Shown here in pieces: positions 1 through 6,501 of a stretch of DNA of 18,867 nt. The notes under the pieces were generated by a model that saw nothing but the letters and a program-made list of their open reading frames with translations, made no database searches and was not told where the DNA came from. Source of the stretch: Promethearchaeia archaeon (lineage in GTDB: Archaea > Asgardarchaeota > Lokiarchaeia > Sigyniarchaeales > SOKP01). The first letter of the stretch is position 1. Each line of letters starts with the position of its first letter. Made by a program: the position numbers and the translations under genes. Location: contig JAWOFX010000072.1 in the NCBI GenBank assembly GCA_046497275.1, positions 1-18,867 on the forward strand, in the 5' to 3' direction.

Positions 1-6
1 TAGGAT

Positions 7-717
7 ATGGAAACATTAAACTTAGAAAATTATAAAGGGATTATTTTTGATTTGGATGGAGTTATATACGATATAACGAATGCTATCACGAAAGCCGTTG
101 AGGATGGAGTAGAAAAATATAAACTGGAAGTAAAGATTGATGATGTTTTACAAGAAATAGCTCATCTAATTGAAGAGATACAACATTATCCTGTGCCAAA
201 AATAATTTTAAATTCATATGATCTATTAAAAGTTGAATTTCTAAAAGATATGAGTTACATGAACAAATTAAGGATTGCTATCTTTTTATTTAATCAATTT
301 AATGAATATCGTGAAGATTCAACAATTTTTGATGGTATAGATATCCTTATTGAAGACATTGATAAAAAAGATTTAAAATTAGCAATTTTAACTAATAATA
401 AAAGTCAGTATGCCAAAGAAATTCTTGAAAAATTTAATCTTACGAAATATTTTCCAACCATTTTTGGTTTTAATGATGTTTCAGAAGTGAAACCAGACCC
501 TGAAGGAATTCTTAAAATAATAGAAAAATGGAAAATTAAACCTGAAGATACAATTTTTATTGGGGATATGAGTACTGATGTAGACGCTGGTAAGGCAGCA
601 GGAGTGACGATGGTCTGCGTCGCAAGTGGATTAGCAAAAAGAGAAGACTTACAGGAACATAATCCCGACTTTTTAGTAGATAATGCCAAAGAATTAAAAA
701 ATCTATTACAATTATAA
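7..717 (+). CDS. HAD-superfamily hydrolase, subfamily IA (phosphoglycolate phosphatase-like)
   Basis: Motif I FDLDGV near the N-terminus, motif II LTNN, motif III KPDP, motif IV IGDMSTDVDAGKAAG; 236 aa. The substrate cannot be assigned from sequence. Confidence 0.9.
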   Translation: METLNLENYKGIIFDLDGVIYDITNAITKAVEDGVEKYKLEVKIDDVLQEIAHLIEEIQHYPVPKIILNSYDLLKVEFLKDMSYMNKLRIAIFLFNQFNEYREDSTIFDGIDILIEDIDKKDLKLAILTNNKSQYAKEILEKFNLTKYFPTIFGFNDVSEVKPDPEGILKIIEKWKIKPEDTIFIGDMSTDVDAGKAAGVTMVCVASGLAKREDLQEHNPDFLVDNAKELKNLLQL

Positions 718-724
718 AAAAATC

Positions 725-1840
725 TTATTTTAATAAATCATTAATATCTTCAAAGTCATAACCGAATTCAGTAGCAATGGGTTTAGAAGTGACCTTCCCT
801 TGATAAATATTGACTGCTTCCCTTAATGAGTTATATTTTCTAAGTGAATTGAGGATGTTTTCTTCAGAAACTAATTTTTCTAAGAAGGGAGTTAAATTTT
901 CTGATAGTGCTTGAGTAGACGTTCTTGGATATGCACCGGGCATATTGGTAACACAATAATGAATAACCCCATCTTCTACAAATGTTGGATCCTCATGGCT
1001 TGTAGGTTCGCTAGTTTCGATACAACCACCTTGATCTATCGCAATATCTACAATAACAGAACCTTTTTTCATAGATTGAATCATATCTCTGCTAATAATA
1101 TGGGGTGCTCTTGAATCAGGTATATAAACCGAGCCGATCAAAATATCTGTTTCTTTCACACAGTTTCGAAGATTTTGTGAATTTGATTTTAAGATAGTGA
1201 TGCCTTTTGGCATAATTTCATTCAAGTAACGAATCCTGTCCATATTCTTTTCAAGGATAGTCACATGAGCTCCCAAACCATATGCCGACATAGCTGCGTT
1301 ATAACCGGCTGTCCCTCCTCCAATTATTACTACATTCCCTCGATACACACCTGATGATCCTCCTAATAATACTCCAGAACCTCCATGATGAGGAGATAAT
1401 AGATAAGACGCGACAGTTATCGACATTCTCCCAGCAACTTCCGACATAGGTTCAAGTATAGGTGCTTCACCTGCAACCCTCACCGATTCGAAGGCTATAG
1501 CTGTGGATTTGCCTTCTACAAATGTTTTAGTCAAATTATGATTTGCTGCAAGGTGAAGAAATGAAAAAATAACAGGTCCCGGCTCAAAATAGGTTAGTTC
1601 CTCTTGAACCGGTTCTTTTACTTTAACTAAGATATCACAATTGCTATAAATCTCTTTTTTAGAATTCAATATCTTTGCTCCAATAGATTCAAAATCATTG
1701 TTAGAAAAACCAGCAATATTACCAGCATCTTTTTCTACAATTACATCATGTCCATGATTAATTAAATCTTCAACATTAGCAGGTATTAATGCTACCCTTC
1801 CTTCTCCTTTCTTAATTTCTTTAGGAATCCCAATTTTCAA
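725..1840 (-). CDS. ald: NAD-dependent L-alanine dehydrogenase (AlaDH/PNT family, bacterial type)
   Basis: Family motifs [37 protein letters not shown], Rossmann [20 protein letters not shown] and [14 protein letters not shown]; 371 aa; TTG start at 1840. Confidence 0.93.
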   Translation of the reverse strand: MKIGIPKEIKKGEGRVALIPANVEDLINHGHDVIVEKDAGNIAGFSNNDFESIGAKILNSKKEIYSNCDILVKVKEPVQEELTYFEPGPVIFSFLHLAANHNLTKTFVEGKSTAIAFESVRVAGEAPILEPMSEVAGRMSITVASYLLSPHHGGSGVLLGGSSGVYRGNVVIIGGGTAGYNAAMSAYGLGAHVTILEKNMDRIRYLNEIMPKGITILKSNSQNLRNCVKETDILIGSVYIPDSRAPHIISRDMIQSMKKGSVIVDIAIDQGGCIETSEPTSHEDPTFVEDGVIHYCVTNMPGAYPRTSTQALSENLTPFLEKLVSEENILNSLRKYNSLREAVNIYQGKVTSKPIATEFGYDFEDINDLLK

Positions 1841-1870
1841 GTTATTATAACCTCTTGAATTAGTTTATAC

Positions 1871-1888
1871 TTTATATATTCTTTGCTC
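1871..1888 (-). promoter_or_regulatory. Candidate BRE plus TATA box for ald
   Basis: Minus strand reads GAGCAAAGAA-TATATAAA, with TATATAAA at 1878-1871, 31-38 nt upstream of the TTG start. The AT-rich background limits confidence. Confidence 0.35.
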
Positions 1889-2073
1889 CATTTTTAATTT
1901 TTAGATAAGATGAATTGCATCTGGATTCAAAAAGAAAAATAATGAAAATATAAGGATTCTATTTTAAGAAATACACCTCAATTTTCAATTTTAATAATTC
2001 TTCCAGAAAAATATTTCGTTATCTCAAGTAAAAAATTATAGAAAGATAGAAAATAAATAAGTTTTAAAATATA

Positions 2074-2085
2074 GAAAAGAAAAAG
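2074..2085 (-). terminator. Candidate oligo-T terminator after the EF-2 paralogue
   Basis: Minus strand reads TACTTTTTCTTTTCTAT immediately after the stop codon; archaeal intrinsic terminators are T-rich tracts. Weak evidence in AT-rich DNA. Confidence 0.3.
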
Positions 2086-2087
2086 TA

Positions 2088-4337
2088 TTAGCTTCTTCTG
2101 TATAAAAATCTCTCCCAAGAGCTTACATTTGGCAACTCGACTTTTGCGCCCTTTCTTTTTCGAATATCCAAGATAAGTTCTTCTTCAAGGCTTCTTGGAA
2201 CTTGTTCAAATCCATAGAATTCATATCCGAAAAATGCTCTTCCTTGTGTGGAACTTCTTATCTCATCTGCGATGCCAATTGTTTCGCTAGCGGGTAATAG
2301 TCCCTCAATACGGACATATTCTCCTTCCGGATTAACATTATTGACACGTCCTCGGTGTTTATTGATGATTGCTAAAACTCCTGCCTCTGAACCTTGCGGT
2401 GTTTTTACATCGATTTTTTGTACAGGTTCATATAAATGTGGGTCGGCATCAATCATTGCTAATGAAAGTGCTGCGAATGTCATGCTGGCGATTTGATTAT
2501 ATCCAGTGTGAGCCGGATCTTCATGAATTGTCATATCTGTGAAAATCACCTTTATACCCATCGCAGGTTCTTTCGCTAATACGCATGAATCAATCCAATC
2601 TCGAAATGCAGCCGTTAGATACGATTTGACTCTGTCGAATCTTTGTAATCCTTTAGTCCCATTCACTAACAAATTTCCTTTATACACATCAACAACGCGC
2701 TTGGCTTCTTTCGAATCCCACTCAGCTTGCTCTCTTAAAATCTCAGCTCGTTCTCTATCATTCATTAGATCTGTGATCTTTCCTGCTTCTAATAATTTTT
2801 CCGTCTGATGATCTAACGGTTCCATATAAAGCTGTAATCTATTATGAGCATTAGATGATTTAGTGTGATATTCTCTGCTCTTTTTATTGATTTTTTCTCG
2901 ATAGACTATTATTGGTTCTCCAATTGAGATCTCAACTTGTTTGTTAATTCTCTTCGTCAATATGTCTATCTGGAGCGGGTCTATTCCTGAAAGTATGTAT
3001 TCTTTGCTTTCTTTGTCAAGAACAAACTCAGCTGTGGGGTCTGCCATAAGCCATTTCTTAACAACTTGTCCTAACTTGCCAAGGTCTTGAGGATCCCTTG
3101 GTTTAATACTTCTGGATACAACTGCTTCACAAGCGTAACTGATACTCTCAAAAGATGGAACTTGTCCAGCTTCCTCCAAATTATCAGGAGCTTTTTCTGA
3201 GGCAATAAAAGTCTCCCCTGAAGGGCATATAAATCCATAGAGAGCAAATAGATTACCAGCTGGTATCCTGTCAATATCTAAAATATCAGTGATTTCCATT
3301 ACTCCCAAACGCTTTATCCTCTGATTTTTTCTCTGATTTACTAGATAAATCGAATCGGTAGTATCTAATGTACCAGAAAACACTCGGCCAATTAAGGTCG
3401 CACGATAATTTTGCTTAGGATCAAGGAATATTTTAGTAATCATCCCCGTCAAAGGTCCTTTTGGATCACTTTTGGCTAATGCCTGTCCTAATTCCGAGTC
3501 CATATCACCGGACCAAATTTTTGGTATTCTGTATTTTGAAGCAGTAATAGGATCTGGGATATGATCAACAACCATTCGAAGCATTGGTTCGTCCAATGGA
3601 AGATTTTTCCGCAACCACGGAATATCACCCTCATTATACTTCTCAAATACTTTTAATGGCGTATAATCATTCTCTTTAAGGATTTCATAGGTAAAACCCC
3701 ATCCATGTTTAGCTGAGCCTACTGCTACAGAATTTTCAGCAAATTCTACTCCCCAATCAGACCATTCAGGCCGTATTTTTTTAATTAATTCGTTCACTTG
3801 CTTAGTGATTTCATCAATCCTTTGATATGTTTCTTCAGGACTTAATTTCAATTCACTAATTAACCGATCAACTTTATTAATAAATAACACGGGCTTACAA
3901 AATTCATTTCCAACGGCTAATCTAATATTTGTCTCAGTTTGAGTCATTACGCCTTCTAGGGCATCAACTAATATAATGCATCCATCAGATCCTCTTAATG
4001 CTCGAGAAACCTCTCCCGTGAAGGAAATATGACCAGGAGTATCATTAATTTGGAATATATATTCCTCATCGTCTGGATTCCTCGGATCATCGAATGAAAG
4101 TAGAACTACACTTGTAAAAATGGTAATCCCACGGGCTTGCTCTTCCTCATCTGAGTCTGTCATCTGTAATTGACCAGCATCTTCCTCACGCATAAGACCA
4201 GCTCTACGCATCAGATAGTCTGTTGCGGTAGTTTTGCCATGGTCAATATGAGCAACAATTGAGAAGATTCTTTTCTTATCATAAGATCCCTCGGTAATCT
4301 CTTTGGCGATAGTCTCAGGATTCTTTACTTTTACCAT
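2088..4337 (-). CDS. fusA: Elongation factor 2 family GTPase, divergent; probably the Asgard paralogue aEF-2p
   Basis: G1 AHIDHGKT, G2 RGIT, G3 DTPGH, G4 NKVD, KSSNAHNR, EIRSSTQGRA; 749 aa (archaeal length). The diphthamide loop is HEDPAHTG instead of HxDxxHRG, and domain III reads GIDPLQIDI instead of GMGELHLE. EF-2 family membership is near certain; the paralogue assignment is an inference. Confidence 0.88.
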   Translation of the reverse strand: MVKVKNPETIAKEITEGSYDKKRIFSIVAHIDHGKTTATDYLMRRAGLMREEDAGQLQMTDSDEEEQARGITIFTSVVLLSFDDPRNPDDEEYIFQINDTPGHISFTGEVSRALRGSDGCIILVDALEGVMTQTETNIRLAVGNEFCKPVLFINKVDRLISELKLSPEETYQRIDEITKQVNELIKKIRPEWSDWGVEFAENSVAVGSAKHGWGFTYEILKENDYTPLKVFEKYNEGDIPWLRKNLPLDEPMLRMVVDHIPDPITASKYRIPKIWSGDMDSELGQALAKSDPKGPLTGMITKIFLDPKQNYRATLIGRVFSGTLDTTDSIYLVNQRKNQRIKRLGVMEITDILDIDRIPAGNLFALYGFICPSGETFIASEKAPDNLEEAGQVPSFESISYACEAVVSRSIKPRDPQDLGKLGQVVKKWLMADPTAEFVLDKESKEYILSGIDPLQIDILTKRINKQVEISIGEPIIVYREKINKKSREYHTKSSNAHNRLQLYMEPLDHQTEKLLEAGKITDLMNDRERAEILREQAEWDSKEAKRVVDVYKGNLLVNGTKGLQRFDRVKSYLTAAFRDWIDSCVLAKEPAMGIKVIFTDMTIHEDPAHTGYNQIASMTFAALSLAMIDADPHLYEPVQKIDVKTPQGSEAGVLAIINKHRGRVNNVNPEGEYVRIEGLLPASETIGIADEIRSSTQGRAFFGYEFYGFEQVPRSLEEELILDIRKRKGAKVELPNVSSWERFLYRRS

Positions 4338-4350
4338 AATACTTCACAAT
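4338..4350 (-). promoter_or_regulatory. Pre-ATG motif ATTGTGAAGTATT containing an SD-like GTGA; shared with infB
   Basis: Directly precedes the EF-2p ATG and matches 9928-9940 at 11 of 13 positions in the same register. Confidence 0.45.
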
Positions 4351-4752
4351 ATAATTATAATTTCTGAATTTACTTTATTAAAATCGAAAATAATTTTCTA
4401 ACTTGAAGTTGTAAATATACAAAACCATAAAAATTTTATTACTATAGAGTAAAATAAGCAAAGGAATGATATTAAAATCAAACTAAATTTATCCTAATGA
4501 ATGATTTAACAACGAAAATAATTCAGATTGTGCTGTGTTTCAATAAATTAAAAATTAATAGGTAAAATGAAGTTGATTTAGAATTTAAAATTCCATTATT
4601 CATTTAAGAATGCTAAAATATGAAAAAAAATAATTCTTTATTCAGTACTAAATATCTAAATTGGTTATAAATTGACACCAAAATCTGATAATATTCCCTC
4701 TTCTCTTATCTATAAAAAAACTAAAATGGAAATTATTAATATTTAAAGTAAT

Positions 4753-4768
4753 TTCTATAATTATAGAA
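4753..4768. promoter_or_regulatory. Perfect 16-bp palindrome TTCTATAATTATAGAA, candidate operator of the HEPN-MNT operon
   Basis: Eight-bp arms with no spacer, ending 19 nt before the HEPN ATG and lying just downstream of TATA-like TTATTAAT (4733-4740) and TTTAAA (4742-4747). The palindrome is certain; its function is inferred. Confidence 0.45.
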
Positions 4769-4787
4769 GAAATCAATTTTAAAATCA

Positions 4788-5183
4788 ATGAGAAGTAAAG
4801 AAAAAGTCGATTTATTCTTTGAACGGGCGGAAAGTTTTTTAAAAGGAGCCTATGAGAGATTTAAAGATAAAGATTGGGATATCGCTTGTTTTATGGCGGA
4901 GCAATCTGTCCAACTTCATTTAAAAGCAATCATTCTTGAAAAAACGGGGGATTTTCCAAAAACTCATTCAATAAAAGGATTATTTGGGATATTGTTTAAT
5001 TTAACTAAAGATGATCGATTTAAATATGATAGACAGAAATTAATGTTTTTAGAAGCCGCATATTTCAATGCAAGCTACTTTACTATTAGTTATGATGAAA
5101 AGGACGCAGAAGATGCGTTAAAGATTGTTGAGGAGGTGAGAATGCTTGTTGGAAGCATTAGAAGTGATAAAGAAAAGAAATGA
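4788..5183 (+). CDS. HEPN domain protein (MNT-associated, COG2250/PF05168-like)
   Basis: 131 aa helical protein with ACFMAEQSVQLHLKA, GDFPKTHS and LEAAYFNASY (family pattern L..aY..aRY); overlaps a downstream MNT gene. Confidence 0.85.
   Translation: MRSKEKVDLFFERAESFLKGAYERFKDKDWDIACFMAEQSVQLHLKAIILEKTGDFPKTHSIKGLFGILFNLTKDDRFKYDRQKLMFLEAAYFNASYFTISYDEKDAEDALKIVEEVRMLVGSIRSDKEKK
5130..5139 (+). promoter_or_regulatory. Strong Shine-Dalgarno sequence GAGGAGGTGA for the MNT gene, embedded in the HEPN CDS
   Basis: Extended anti-SD complement 6 nt before TTG 5146 (9 nt before TTG 5149). Confidence 0.7.
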
Positions 5184-5505
5184 AATGATTAAAAATAATA
5201 AAAAATATTTGAAAATTATTAATAATAGTATTAAAAAGATTTTACCTAAAGCCCAAACTTTCTTATTTGGGAGCATTCTTGAAAATAAATTGGTGGCGGG
5301 AAGTGATATTGATATATTAATCCTTGCCGATGTCCCAAAAAGTCAAATGAAAAGGGCAGAGATAACGGTTAAAATTGAAAAGGAAGCCAAATTACCTTAT
5401 GTTCATCCTTTTGATTTCCATTTACTTACTCAGGAAGAATTTATTGATTGGAATTCTATTTATAAAATAACTACTAAGAAAATAGAAGATTATCTAAGAA
5501 AATAA
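5146..5505 (+). CDS. Minimal nucleotidyltransferase (MNT), putative antitoxin
   Basis: FLFGS-x10-DIDILI (GSx10DxD motif) and C-terminal PFDFHLL; 119 aa; TTG start supported by the SD; overlaps HEPN by 38 nt. Confidence 0.88.
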   Translation: MLEALEVIKKRNEMIKNNKKYLKIINNSIKKILPKAQTFLFGSILENKLVAGSDIDILILADVPKSQMKRAEITVKIEKEAKLPYVHPFDFHLLTQEEFIDWNSIYKITTKKIEDYLRK

Positions 5506-5552
5506 ATGAAGGACATCTCACTAAATGGCAAAGAAAGGCTGAAAAACTTGTA

Positions 5553-6395
5553 CTATGTAGTTAAGAATTCTAATATATCTTCTACCACTTGCTTTCTATT
5601 CCGCATCACTAAATTATGGCCGAATTTCTCATAAAGGATTAATTTTGCATTAGGAATTCCTTCAGCGGTTTTTTTTACATCTTCCGCGGTGTATCCGATA
5701 TCATCCTCTCCACTTAATATTAAAGTGGTAGCTTTAATGTCTTTTAATTTATCAATAAAATTCATTTCGCGGTCTCCACGGACTTCATTCAAAAAATCAT
5801 TTGGATATTCAATATCACCCATAAATTTCTTTCCCAACAACCTTAAAAAAGGTTTTATCAAAATTTTTAAAAATCGAGATTTAAACATTAAATCTATTAT
5901 AGTGGATAATGATTTCCCATATTTTCCTTGTTGAAAATATTCTGCTGATTTTCCCTCTACTTCTACTCCTTTTTCACTCAGTCGATATGCTGCTGAAATA
6001 ATAACAAGGTTTTTAACCACATCAGGATGGTCTGCGGCTATATATTGTGCGATTTGTCCTCCTGTTGAGGTTCCCATTATAGTTACTGGTTTCTTAAATT
6101 CTCTACGAATCAGCTTTGCATAATCCTCTGCCATTTTATCGAATAAATATCCTTCAGGTAAATTTGGTTTCCGTCCAACAAGATAATATGTAAATTGATC
6201 TATGAATGATTGAGCAGATTTAGCAAATTGTTTTAACACCATACCAGAAGGGGGTCGGTGCGTAAATGATAAAGCTTCTATATCAATTATTATTTCATTG
6301 TTATTGCCCATTCGAGCATAGGGTAATCCATCTTCAAAGTATCCCGTTTCAATATTATATTTTTCTTTTATTCTTCTATCTTTATCTTTTGCCAT
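5553..6395 (-). CDS. Alpha/beta-fold hydrolase
   Basis: Nucleophile elbow GTSTGG, acid candidate in ILSGEDD, His in KFGHN; 280 aa; no signal peptide evident. Confidence 0.88.
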   Translation of the reverse strand: MAKDKDRRIKEKYNIETGYFEDGLPYARMGNNNEIIIDIEALSFTHRPPSGMVLKQFAKSAQSFIDQFTYYLVGRKPNLPEGYLFDKMAEDYAKLIRREFKKPVTIMGTSTGGQIAQYIAADHPDVVKNLVIISAAYRLSEKGVEVEGKSAEYFQQGKYGKSLSTIIDLMFKSRFLKILIKPFLRLLGKKFMGDIEYPNDFLNEVRGDREMNFIDKLKDIKATTLILSGEDDIGYTAEDVKKTAEGIPNAKLILYEKFGHNLVMRNRKQVVEDILEFLTT

Positions 6396-6501
6396 CTTTA
6401 CTATTTTTATTTAATAGTCTTTAATATTTTAATTACAATTTTATGCTTAAAATTTAACGATTTTAAAGGAAATTTAAAGAGAGAATAAGGTATGGAGATT
6501 T

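Noticed and set aside
718-724. Only 7 bp between the convergent HAD and ald stop codons
   Set aside because: Tight convergent packing is common in compact archaeal genomes; nothing indicates antisense regulation.
4351-4358. ATAATTAT recurs upstream of EF-2p (4351-4358), HEPN (4757-4764) and uvrB (15058-15065)
   Set aside because: An all-A/T 8-mer is expected repeatedly in spacers this AT-rich, and the flanks are not shared.
4338-4787. 450-bp spacer examined for tRNA, ncRNA, SECIS, CRISPR repeats or small genes (e.g. a 22-codon ORF starting at 4497)
   Set aside because: Extremely AT-rich with no stable GC stems, no repeated units, no cloverleaf, and only very short ORFs without an RBS.
5181-5183. 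HEPN ends in TGA; selenocysteine readthrough considered because Lokiarchaeia use Sec
   Set aside because: The stop falls at the normal end of a HEPN domain, overlaps the MNT gene, and no SECIS-like element was seen.
6400-6418. ACTATT-N7-AATAGT inverted repeat just upstream of the hydrolase
   Set aside because: Six-bp mostly A/T arms are at chance level here.
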